Positions 11,588 to 22,899 are shown, numbered from the stretch's first letter. The stretch is 64,000 nt of DNA from Octopus sinensis (GCF_006345805.1 NC_043001.1:48422001-48486000), one strand, 5' to 3'. The notes: generated by a model not told the origin, from the sequence alone. Numbers and translations: made by a program.

Positions 11588-12996
11588 TCACTTACCTGTC
11601 CTTTGTTTTTCATAGTCACTTGAATGTTCCTTGCCAATACGAACAAATTCCATATCCATTCTTACTCCGAAATACTCATCCATATTTTCCACGAATTCAT
11701 CGCTCATTCTTATATCTTTCACCTCCCAATTCTCGCATTCACACATCACCATAAAGTCACCTATGTTCTTCTTTTCAATCACAGCATACCTAGTCTCACC
11801 AACATCATACCATTTATACTCTTCCATTAGACTTTTAACTTCTTTCTGTTCAGTCATAGTACAAATGTACGGCCTGATATCGATTTCAATCTCTTGTGTG
11901 TGTGTATTCTTTTTTTCTTTTGTTTTCTTGTTGGGGGGGAGCGGGTGGGTTCAATGTCTGCATGGATAGGGTGGGACTCAGAGGGCGTGGGTGGTTTTGG
12001 GGTGGATTGGAGTTCCATATTATTTTCTTTTCCACGTATTCTTCTCTTCCTCTTACTTCCAGCTTCCTTCCATTTCTGTGTATTCTCTTCCTCTGTTTCC
12101 TTCTCCTCTGGTTTCTGCTTCTCTCTCTCTGGTTCGGGATCCATTTCTTTCCCTGGGGGAGGGCAGAAGGCTCTTATGTGACCCCTCAGGCCACACTTGT
12201 AACAACGTGGAGCCCTGCCCTCCACCCACACTCTCATGATCACTTCTCCCAGTCTGATGCTTTCCGTCAGGTCCACCAGCACCTCGGTCTCCGCCTGCAC
12301 GTTCAGCTCCACTGTTACGCCTCTCCAGCCCTCGGACTCAACCGAGGCATGGAGAATATCCACTTCGTCCTCGTGGCCGCTGATCACAGCCGCCACAATC
12401 CATTCTGCCTCCACGCTTGGTGGCACTCCCTCCACCCTCATTCGTGCAATCCTCCTGTTCAAATACGTAGGCAACAGTGTTACCTTTTCCGACTTCACCG
12501 CCCTCGCCGCCATCTTCCTCGCTGCAGATTCACTTTCAAAGTGCACAACTACGGTCCCGTACTTGGATCCTCGAGTCAGAAAATTTATTTCCTCCTCAGT
12601 TCCTCGCAGGGCCTCCTCCATCCATTCCATGGATACAACTTCTACCCTCTTCCCTTCGTTTGCGCACACCCTGCAAACAATGGTCCTCCCATCATACCAT
12701 TCCTCTCTCCTGGGTGTCGGTGATAGCTCCACCTCACCGCCTTCCCCTTTCATGTGCTTCTGGCAACTTGGTAGCTTGGCCAAGTCGACCCCTTTCTCCT
12801 CCGCCTTCTTGGTCACACCGGCACAAGTATAACTCAGCCTCCTTTCCAATTTCCCTGCTGCCATTTCCAGCTCCTTCTCAGACAAGTCTGATAAAGACTC
12901 GAAAACTCCAGCCCCTTCCTCCATCAGCCTCACTGCAATTGCCTGTTCCAGTTCCCCATCCGTCGTGGACAAGTCTGTTAGAGACTCATAGTCCAT
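11588..12996 (-). pseudogene. Array unit 4 ORF1-like, A>G hypermutated
   Basis: 380-aa and 89-aa pieces with many K>R, K>E, E>G, Y>C changes. Confidence 0.8.
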
Positions 12997-13339
12997 TTCC
13001 TTCTGTCTGACAGACCGAAAACGGCCGCCAAAACAGAAAAAAGTTTAACGCGCTGAACGAGCGAAACGCGAAACCGCGTCAACGCCGTTCAGAATTTCCA
13101 CAACAACAACAACGCTTTTTGTTCTTTTTTACCGAATTTTCAGGAGCCGAAAAAAACACAACCGACGTCAAACGAAGTGCTAACGTTTCTTATTTCTTTA
13201 TTACCCACTAGGGGCGACACAGAAAGGGACACTAAGAAACATGGGGACATATAACATTATAATTAAACTTTATGAACATGAATTGTTAAACGAAAAAATG
13301 ATTAAATGAAAGCGATACCAACGGCCCCGTCCGTCAGCA

Positions 13340-14749
13340 TCACTTACCTGTCCTTTGTTTTTCATAGTCACTTGAATGTTCTTTGCCAATACGAATAAAT
13401 TCCATATCCATTCTTACTCCGAAATACTCATCCATATTTTCCACGAATTCATCGCTCATTCTTATATCTTTCACCTCCCAATTCTCGCATTCACACTCCC
13501 ATAAAGTCACCTATGTTCTTCTTTTCAATCACAGCATACCTAGTCTCACCAACATCATACCATTTATACTCTTCCATTAGACTTTTAACTCTTCTGTTCA
13601 GTCATAGTACAAATGTACGGCCTGATATCGATTTCAATCTCTTGTGTGTGTGTATTCTTTTTTTTCTTTTGTTTTCTTGTTGGGGGGGAGCGGGTGGGTT
13701 CAATGTCTGCATGGATAGGGTGGGACTCAGAGGGCGTGGGTGGTTTTGGGGTGGATTGGAGTTCCATATTATTTTCTTTTCCACGTATTCTTCTCTTCCT
13801 CTTACTTCCAGCTTCCTTCCATTTCTGTGTATTCTCTTCCTCTGTTTCCTTCTCCTCTGGTTTCTGCTTCTCTCTCTCTGGTTCGGGATCCATTTCTTTC
13901 CCTGGGGGAGGGCAGAAGGCTCTTATGTGACCCCTCAGGCCACACTTGTAACAACGTGGAGCCCTGCCCTCCACCCACACTCTCATGATCACTTCTCCCA
14001 GTCTGATGCTTTCCGTCAGGTCCACCAGTACCTCGGTCTCTGCCTGTACGTTCAGCTCCACTGTTACGCCTCTCCAGCCCTCGGACTTAACCGAGGCATG
14101 GAGAATATCCACTTCGTCCTCGTGGCCGCTGATCACAGCCGCCACAATCCATTCTGCCTCCACGTTTGGTGGCACTCCCTCCACCCTTATTCGTGTAATC
14201 CTCCTGTTTAAATACGTAGGTAACAGTGTTACCTTTTCCGACTTCACCGCCTTCGCTGCCATCTTCCTCGCTGCAGATTCACTTTTAAAATGCACAACTA
14301 CGGTCCCATACTTGGATCCTCGAGTCAGAAAATTTATTTCCTCCTCAGTTCTTCGCAGGGCTTCCTCTATCCATTCCATGGTTACAACTTCTACCCTCTT
14401 CCTTTCGTTTGCGAACACCCTGTAAACAATGGTCCTCTTATCATACCATTCTTTTCTCCTGGGTGTCGGTGATAGTTCCACCTCACCGCTTTCCTTTTTC
14501 ATGTGTTTCTGGTAACTTGGTAGCTTGGCCAAGTCGACCCCTTCTCTTCCGCCTTCTTGGTTACACCGGCATAAGTATAACTCAGCTTCTTTTCCAATTC
14601 CTCGCTGCCATTTCTAGCTCCTTCTCAGACGTAGGCGAGTCTGATAAAGACTCGAAAACTCCAGCCTTTTCCTCCATCAGCTTCATTGCAATTGCCTGTT
14701 CCAGTTCCTCATCTGTCGTGGACAAGTCTGTTAGAGACTCATAGTCCAT
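13340..14749 (-). pseudogene. Array unit 5 ORF1-like, several 1-bp indels
   Basis: 315-aa central fragment matches the consensus protein. Confidence 0.75.
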
Positions 14750-15090
14750 TTCCTTCTGTCTGACAGACCGAAAACGGCCGCCAAAACAGAAAAAAGTTTA
14801 ACGCGCTGAACGAGCGAAACGCGAAACCGCGTCAACGCCGTTCAGAATTTCCACAACAACAACAACGCTTTTTGTTCTTTTTTACCGAATTTTCAGGAGC
14901 CGAAAAAAACACAACCGACGTCAAACGAAGTGCTAACGTTTCTTATTTCTTTATTACCCACTAGGGGCGACACAGAAAGGGACACTAAGAAACATGGGGA
15001 CATAACATTATAATTAAACTTTATGAACATGAATTGTTAAACGAAAAAATGATTAAATGAAAGCGATACCAACGGCCCCGTCCGTCAGCA

Positions 15091-16503
15091 TCACTTACCT
15101 GTCCTTTGTTTTTCATAGTCACTTGAATGTTCCTTGCCAATACGAACAAATTCCATATCCATTCTTACTCCGAAATACTCATCCATATTTTCCACGAATT
15201 CATCGCTCATTCTTATATCTTTCACCTCCCAATTCTTCCTTTCACACCTCCCCATAAACTCACCTATGTTCTTCTTTTCAATCACAGCATACCTAGTCTC
15301 ACCAACATCATACCATTTATACTCTTCCATTAGACTTTTAACTTCTTTCTGTTCAGTCATAGTACAAATGTACATCCTGATATCGTTTTCAATCTCTTGT
15401 GTGTGTGTATTCTTTTTTTCTTTTGTTTTCTTGTTGGGGGGGAGCGGGTGGGTTCAATGTCTGCATGGGTAGGGTGGGACTCAGAGGGCGTGGGTGGGTT
15501 TGGGGTGGATTGGAGTTCCATATTGTTTCTTTTCCACGTATTCTTCTCTTCCTCTTACTTCCAGCTTCCTTCCATTTCTGTGTATTCTCTTCCTCTGTTT
15601 CCTTCTCCTCTGGTTTCTGCTTCTCTCTCTCTGGTTCGGGATCCATTTCTTTCCCTGGGGGAGGGCAGAAGGCTCTTATGTGACCCCTCAGGCCACACTT
15701 GTAACAACGTGGAGCCCTGCCCTCCACCCACACTCTCATGATCACTTCTCCCAGTCTGATGCTTTCCGTCAGGTCCACCAGTACCTCGGTCTCTGCCTGT
15801 ACGTTCAGCTCCACTGTTACGCCTCTCCAGCCCTCGGACTTAACCGAGGCATGGAGAATATCCACTTCGTCCTCGTGGCCGCTGATCACAGCCGCCACAA
15901 TCCATTCTGCCTCCACGTTTGGTGGCACTCCCTCCACCTTATTCGTGTAATCCTCCTGTTTAAATACGTAGGTAACAGTGTTACCTTTTCCGACTTCACC
16001 GCCTTCGCCGCCATCTTCCTCGCTGCAGATTCACTTTTAAAATGCACAACTACGGTCCCATACTTGGATCCTCGAGTCAGAAAATTTATTTCCTCCTCAG
16101 TTCTTCGCAGGGCTTCCTCTATCCATTCCATGGTTACAACTTCTACCCTCTTCCTTTCGTTTGCGAACACCCTGTAAACAATGGTCCTCTTATCATACCA
16201 TTCTTTTCTCCTGGGTGTCGGTGATAGTTCCACCTCACCGCTTTCCTTTTTCATGTGTTTCTGGTAACTTGGTAGCTTGGCCAAGTCGACCCCTTTCTCT
16301 TCCGCCTTCTTGGTTACACCGGCATAAGTATAACTCAGCTTCTTTTCCAAATTCCTCGCTGCCATTTCTAGCTCCTTCTCAGACGTAGGCGAGTCTGATA
16401 AAGACTCGAAAACTCCAGCCTTTTCCTCCATCAGCTTCACTGCAATTGCCTGTTCCAGTTCCTCATCTGTCGTGGACAAGTCTGTTAGAGACTCATAGTC
16501 CAT
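15091..16503 (-). pseudogene. Array unit 6 ORF1-like, several 1-bp indels
   Basis: 205-aa, 182-aa and 94-aa fragments. Confidence 0.75.
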
Positions 16504-16843
16504 TTCCTTCTGTCTGACAGACCGAAAACGGCCGCCAAAACAGAAAAAAGTTTAACGCGCTGAACGAGCGAAACGCGAAACCGCGTCAACGCCGTTCAGA
16601 ATTTCCACAACAACAACAACGTTTGTTGTTTTTTTACCGAATTTTCAGGAGCCGAAAAAAACACAACCGACGTCAAACGAAGTGCTAACGTTCTTATTTC
16701 TTTATTACCCACTAGGGGCGACACAGAAAGGGACACTAAGAAACATGGGGACATATAACATTATAATTAAACTTTATGAACATGAATTGTTAAACGAAAA
16801 AATGATTAAATGAAAGCGATACCAACGGCCCCGTCCGTCAGCA

Positions 16844-18253
16844 TCACTTACCTGTCCTTTGTTTTTCATAGTCACTTGAATGTTCCTTGCCAATACGAAC
16901 AAATTCCATATCCATTCTTACTCCGAAATACTCATCCATTTTTCCACGAATTCATCGCTCATTCTTATATCTTTCACCTCCCAATTCTCGCATTCACATC
17001 ACCATAAAGTCACCTATGTTCTTCTTTTCAATCACAGCATACCTAGTCTCACCAACATCATACCATTTATACTCTTCCATTAGACTTTTAACTTCTTTCT
17101 GTTCAGTCATAGTACAAATGTACGGCCTGATATCGATTTCAATCTCTTGTGTGTGTGTATTCTTTTTTTTCTTGTTTTCTTGTTGGGGGGGAGCGGGTGG
17201 GTTCAATGTCTGCATGGATAGGGTGGGACTCAGAGGCGTGGGTGGTTTTGGGGTGGATTGGAGTTCCATATTATTTTCTTTTCCACGTATTCTTCTCTTC
17301 CTCTTACTTCCAGCTTCCTTCCATTTCTGTGTATTCTCTTCCTCTGTTTCCTTCTCCTCTGGTTTCTGCTTCTCTCTCTCTGGTTCGGGATCCATTTCTT
17401 TCCCTGGGGGAGGGCAGAAGGCTCTTATGTGACCCCTCAGGCCACACTTGTAACAACGTGGAGCCCTGCCCTCCACCCACACTCTCATGATCACTTCTCC
17501 CAGTCTGATGCTTTCCGTCAGGTCCACCAGTACCTCGGTCTCTGCCTGTACGTTCAGCTCCACTGCTACGCCTCTCCAGCCCTCGGACCCAACCGAGGCA
17601 TGGAGAATATCCACCTCGTCCTCGTGGCCGCCGATCACAGCCGCCACAATCCATTCCGCCTCCACGCCTGGTGGCACTCCCTCCACCCCCACTCGTGCAA
17701 TCCTCCTGTTCAAATACGCAGGCAACAGCGCTACCCCCCCCGACCTCACCGCCCTCGCCGCCATCCCCCTCGCTGCAGATTCACCTTTAAAGTGCACAAC
17801 CACGGTCCCGCACTTGGATCCTCGAGTCAGAAAATTCACTTCCTCCTCAGTTCCTCGCAGGGCCTCCTCCATCCATTCCATGGACACAACCTCCACCCTC
17901 CTCCCTTCGCTCGCGCACACCCTGCAAACAATGGTCCTCCCATCACACCATTCCCCTCTCCTGGGTGTCGGTGACAGTTCCACCTCACCGCCCTCCCCCC
18001 TCATGTGCTTCTGGCAACTTGGCAGCTTGGCCAAGTCGACCCCCCTCTCCTCCGCCTTCCTGGCTACACCGGCACAAGTATAACTCAGCTTCCCCTCCAA
18101 ACTCCTCGCTGCCATTTCCAGCTCCTTCTCAGACGTAGGCGAGTCTGATAAAGACTCGAAAACTCCAGCCTTTTCCTCCATCAGCTTCATTGCAATTGCC
18201 TGTTCCAGTTCCTCATCTGTCGTGGACAAGTCTGTTAGAGACTCATAGTCCAT
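16844..18253 (-). pseudogene. Array unit 7 ORF1-like, heavily A>G hypermutated
   Basis: 419-aa ORF with K>R/G, E>G, Y>C, T>A, I>V changes concentrated in about 17566-18119. Confidence 0.8.
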
Positions 18254-18299
18254 TTCCTTCTGTCTGACAGACCGAAAACGGCCGCCAAAACAGAAAAAA

Positions 18300-18433
18300 G
18301 TTTAACGCGCTGAACGAGCGAAACGCGAAACCGCGTCAACGCCGTTCAGAATTTCCACAACAACAACAACGCTTTTTGTTCTTTTTTACCGAATTTTCAG
18401 GAGCCGAAAAAAACACAACCGACGTCAAACGAA
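18300..18433 (-). promoter_or_regulatory. CpG-rich 5' UTR of the array unit (candidate internal promoter; present in all seven units)
   Basis: Dense CpGs (cggcgttgacgcggtttcgcgtttcgctcg) and a CRE-like tgacgtcg upstream of the ATG. Promoter function is inferred from L1-group biology. Confidence 0.35.
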
Positions 18434-18457
18434 GTGCTAACGTTTCTGCCATCTCGC
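18434..18457 (-). mobile_element. 5' head (A-box region) of the split family A SINE
   Basis: Minus strand gcgagatggcagaaacgttagcac versus intact gcgagctggcagaaacgttagcac at about 50491. Confidence 0.85.
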
Positions 18458-18474
18458 CGTTGGTTTCAAGTACC
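18458..18474. repeat. Right copy of the 17-bp TSD
   Basis: Identical to 973-989. Confidence 0.9.
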
Positions 18475-18850
18475 GAGTTCAGTATTTCACGCGGTCAAAG
18501 TTATCCGCGAAAACGACCAGCATCTTACACACGGAGAAAGCATATTTCTTGTCAACTCATATTTACATTTAACCAAAGATAACAACCGGTTTTATGAATC
18601 CTTGTACTTCTACAGAAGAATAGCTTTATATGTCAGTTTTGTTGTCAATAGCAATCAATAATAAAACTTACTGCAGAGACATATTAGTGATAGGAAACAA
18701 TTAACTAAAAGAAATGCTATTTGTGTCAGGGTGAACTCGGATCGATTCATCGAGACAGACAAATACAGCCATTGTTGAAAGCTCGATGAATTGAAATAAA
18801 CAGTTGACTCGATATAGATAGAGATATAATAGATAAGTTATTTGGGAATA

Positions 18851-19210
18851 TAGGTGCGGGCGTGGTTAAGAAGCTCGCTTTGCAACCGTCTGGTTTCGGG
18901 TTCAGAACCACCGCGTGGCACCTTGGGTAAGTATCTTCTACTGTAGCTCCGGGCCGACCAATGCATTTCGAGTAAATTTGGCAGACGAAACACTGTGTGG
19001 AAACCCGTCCTACATGCGTATGAGTGTCTTTGTCTCTGTGTTTACCTCCTCTTACCGCTTCATAACCGGTGATGGTGTCTTTACGTTCCCGTATATTAGC
19101 GGCTTCCCATAAGAAAACGATAGAATAAGTACAAGACTTCAGATAAAAAATATGTACTGGAGTCTATTCGTTCGACTAAGACCCTTCCAGGCGATGTTCG
19201 AGCATATCCG
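18851..19210 (+). mobile_element. tRNA-derived SINE (family C)
   Basis: gtggttaagaagc...ggttcag...ggcaccttgggtaagtatcttctact...gatagaataagtac; homologous to copies at 29990, 43495, 44000 and 60905. Confidence 0.75.
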
Positions 19211-19332
19211 TAGTTCATATTTGTATATTTGAATGCAGTGAACATTATAAAGCTAACTAAAAATAATTATGATGTAAAGAAAAACAATATTAGTCAATAA
19301 CTGGTATTACTATAAATATTCAGGTTTGGGGT

Positions 19333-19570
19333 GGAGGCGTGTGGCTTAGTGGATAGGGTGATCGAAAGGTTGTGGTTTCGATTCCTGGACCGGGCAATGT
19401 GTTGTGTTCTTGAGCAAAGCACTTCATTTCACGTTGCTCCAGTCCACTCGGTTGGCAAAAATTAGTAAAGCTGCGATAGACGGGCGTCCCGTCCAGCTGG
19501 GGAACACATCCGCCATGGAAACCTGGAAACAGGGCCCATGAGCCTGGGTAGGCTTTCAAAGGGCGCGTTT
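19333..19570 (+). mobile_element. SINE family B
   Basis: ggcgtgtggcttagtgg A box and ttcgattcc B box, then cttgagcaaagcacttcatttcacg. Confidence 0.75.
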
Positions 19571-19596
19571 ATTTTATTTTTTATTCAGATTTAGGG

Positions 19597-19873
19597 TGTG
19601 GAGCTGGCAGAATCGTTAACACGCCGGGCAAAATGCTCAGCATTTCGTCCGTCCTTACGTTCTCAGTTCAAATTCCGTCGTTCATCCTTTCGTGATCAAC
19701 GACGGGACACCAATCTATCGCAGTGTTACTCGTTTTGCCAGCTGAGTGAACTGGAGCAACGTGAAATGAAGTGTTTTGCTCAAGACCACAACGCGTCGCC
19801 AGGTCCAGGAATCGAAACCACAATCTTACAATCATGATGCTGACACCCTAACCACTAAGCCACGCGCCTCCAC
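19597..19873. mobile_element. Family A SINE head (+) fused to a family B SINE (-)
   Basis: gagctggcagaatcgttaac at 19601; reverse-complement family B head ending ccactaagccacgcgcctcc at about 19871. Confidence 0.7.
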
Positions 19874-20413
19874 ATAATCGTATTTAATATAAGCATATTC
19901 ACAGCTTTTAGATAAATTACTCCAAAGCCAGCTGACAACCTTCAATCCATGAATGTTGATTCACTCAAAGTGGTACCCAAGCTACTCAAATTATTGAGCT
20001 TCTGCTTTATAAAAGTGCTCAAAAATAAATAAACTAATATAGAATCCGAAATAAAACTAAAGTTTCTTTATTTTATTTATTTTTCCTCAGAAAGCTCTTT
20101 TTTCAACACATAGTATTAATCAACATAATCACTTTAAATAAATTAATTTTAGGATCAGTAAATATTTACAACTTTCTTTTGCAGTGCTTGTTGATATACA
20201 ATATTTTTAGTGCTTTCCTTTTGCTTATTTTTTTCATTCTTTTGGTTTTTGTTTTTGTTTTTCTTGCCTGGTGTTAAAATGAACGAACTTCAGAAAAGAC
20301 ATAGTATATGGCCTTTCTGAATAGATGCGCCACTACGCAAAATTTTAGCGACTTGAAACAGCACTTTGGCCTACGATTCGGAATATACATACATTTTCTT
20401 TTGTATATTAAGA

Positions 20414-20762
20414 CGAGCAAAACGCCCCCTCCCCGTCCAATGGACGGTGCTGAGTTGTCAAACATTTAAACCAAATTTTCTCAAAACAACTTGTCCGATC
20501 GTCCCATATCGTGGCATTATTTCAAGCCAGCCGGCTTTTTTGCGTAAACTGCACGTACATTTTCCATCGCGTACGCATAGTATCGATCGCAACAGCTGAT
20601 GTACTTGCGCGTACAAATGCACGTTCCCACGGCTTTATCGATCGCATTCTCACCTGGAATCGATTTTTGTAATTCTTTTCAAGACTTATACTTGCCCTGA
20701 TACCGTCGGTATCTACATATCAAATTTGAGCGCAATCGGATGGAGGAGGCCCGAGATCCTAG

Positions 20763-20821
<59 letters not shown>

Positions 20822-20840
20822 ACGGATTTTATATAATAGA
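20414..20840 (-). mobile_element. Non-autonomous Helitron-like element with (GT)n
   Basis: 5' TCTATTATATAAAA; 3' hairpin ccgtcca-t-tggacgg then CTCG; sits between A and T; homologous to 41776-42335. Confidence 0.7.
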
Positions 20841-21167
20841 TTAGTTTACTGTTTGAACAGAAACACATAGCATTCATTTAATTAATGCATAGACAACTAA
20901 CTTTAAATATCTAAGAGCTGTGAAAATGACTTTCTTACATAAACTTGGTCAGGGTCGTCACGACATAGCATCCAACGAATAGTCGGCCATCATACCTTCA
21001 AATCGAACTCGCAATTATTGCGTTTACATTGCATTACTATTTTGGTTGAATGGTGCCCCTTACCCAACACTTATTGCAGAATATTTGGGAGTAATACAAT
21101 TGGATAACGTCCATGCTTTCCCAAATAATTGCCCCAAAACTGTTAATTTCGTATTTAATATAACGTA

Positions 21168-21755
21168 AGCTGGAGCTGGCAGAAACGTTAGCACGCCGAG
21201 CGAAATGCGTAGCCGTGTTTCGTCTGCCGTTACGTTCTGAGTTCAAATTCCGCCGAGGTCGACTTTGCCTTTCAACCTTTCGGGGTCAATAAATTCAGTA
21301 CCAGTTATGCACTGGGGTCGATGTAATCGACTTAATCCGTTTGTCTGTCCTTGTTTGTCCCTCTGTGTTTAACCCCTTGTGGGTAGTAAAATAGTAAAGA
21401 AATAGAAATAGGTATTTCGTCTGCCGCTACGTTCTGAGTTCAAATTCCGCCGAGGTCGACTTTGCGTTTCATCCTTTCGGGGTCGATTAGATAAGTACCA
21501 GTTACGCACTGGGGTCGATATAATCGACTTAATCCGTTTGTTTATCCTTGTTTATCCCCTGTGTGTTTAGCCCCTTGTGGGTAGTAAAGAAATAGGTATT
21601 TCGTCTGTCTTTACGTTCTGAGTTCAAATTCCGCCGAGGTCGACTTTACCTTTAGGAGTCGATAAATTAAGTACCAGTTGCGTACTGATTTCTATCTAAT
21701 CGACTGGCGCTCTCTCGAAAAATTTCGGGCCTTCTGCTTAGAGTAGAAAAGAATT
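21168..21755 (+). mobile_element. Family A SINE trimer
   Basis: One full unit plus two headless units joined at gaaata|ggtatttcgtctg (21410/21411 and 21594/21595). Confidence 0.88.
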
Positions 21756-22082
21756 TCTCTTACTTGTTTCCGCCATTAGGCTGAGTCTATGTTGGGGCAA
21801 CACCTCGAAGAATTTTAGTCAAACAAATCGACTCTGGTATTCACCATTTTTTAAAGTCTGGTACTTATTCTATCGGTCTCTTTTGGTCAAACCTCTAAGT
21901 CACGGGAACGTAAACACTCCAACACAGATTATCAGGCGGTGGAGGGAAACAAACACAGACAAAAATACACACACACAATGATACATACATATATGCATAC
22001 ATACATAAAGGCATATCTATTTATATCTGTGTGCATACGCGTATACGAAGGGCTTCTTTCAGTTTCCATCTACCAATTTTGG
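21756..22082 (-). mobile_element. SINE family C, partial
   Basis: gtacttattctatcggtctctttt and gggcttctttcagtttcc blocks. Confidence 0.7.
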
Positions 22083-22899
22083 TAAAGAAGTATTTAGACA
22101 AAAATATTGGAAATGTATTTTTAACGACATTCGACAGAACATTATGTTACGGGCATAAAGGCCTATGCAGACATAGTTTGGAGGAGGTGGGGAGGCAATA
22201 GGCCCCAGATGGGTACAGCATATTTTGGTTCTGTTATATAAGCCTGTATAGGGGGGAGGGGAGGGTGGAAAGCTTAATGGCTGCACCAAGGAAGTCCTCA
22301 ATTCAACCTCACTATGCAGAATACTAATTCCCCCCACCCTGGAAGTTTTCACATTACTATTCAAATGTTTGCCATGCTTTTAATTTTAGAGGATCGAGGT
22401 GAGTTTTCAACTTCATTATCTTTTAAACCTTCCTTATTTATTTCTTAAGAAAAGTTCCTTTCTTTAACTTTATTACATTCACATTTAGACATTTTCTGGA
22501 AAGGTACTGAAATTCTCTTTAATTACCCTTACTTATTCTTTTTAACAACGATTTTCTTTAATCCAAATTTAGGTTCAAATTTAGTAAGGAGAGGTGGTAG
22601 AAATATTTTCTTGGTATTCCTTAAAGAGATAGCTTGGACTTTTCTAATTCCTGGAAGACACGTTGAACTTAAGGTACATGGATCTTAGGATACGTTGACC
22701 TTAGAATACGTTGACCTTATTGGCCAGTCACGTTTATTGAAGTAGTCCATAATAGCACGACTGCGCGATACGCAGAAAAAAAGATGATACTTTATAAATC
22801 CTGCGTGCATATCCATTAAAATTCCAATAGCTTTGGCATTTCCACAGATAACCATTAATGAACACAGTATTGAATGATATCAAGTAATATATCTATGTT

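Larger units (their letters stand above)
6169..18447 (-). repeat. Tandem array of seven ~1.75-kb ORF1-only retroelement units
   Basis: Units at 6169-7926, 7927-9683, 9684-11438, 11439-13190, 13191-14943, 14944-16694, 16695-18447. Internal junctions read (minus) aataaagaaata|agaaacgttagcacttcg (one base short at the 6/7 junction). Confidence 0.97.

Noticed and set aside
6284-18083. Many plus-strand ORFs (146-275 aa) repeated in each array unit
   Set aside because: Antisense shadows of the purine-rich ORF1; they lengthen in units 4 and 7 only because T>C changes remove stop codons.
12280-18119. T>C tracts as CpG decay, APOBEC/RIP activity or GC-biased gene conversion
   Set aside because: The direction is T>C relative to five concordant copies and nearly confined to one strand. 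Deamination gives C>T/G>A, and gene conversion would be strand-symmetric. An assembly artefact is not excluded.
6169-18447. Array as a CRISPR-like locus, host gene cluster or LTR/gag element
   Set aside because: Units are near-identical with no spacers, have no LTRs or introns, end in a LINE-type tail and are homologous to the adjacent Tx1 ORF1.
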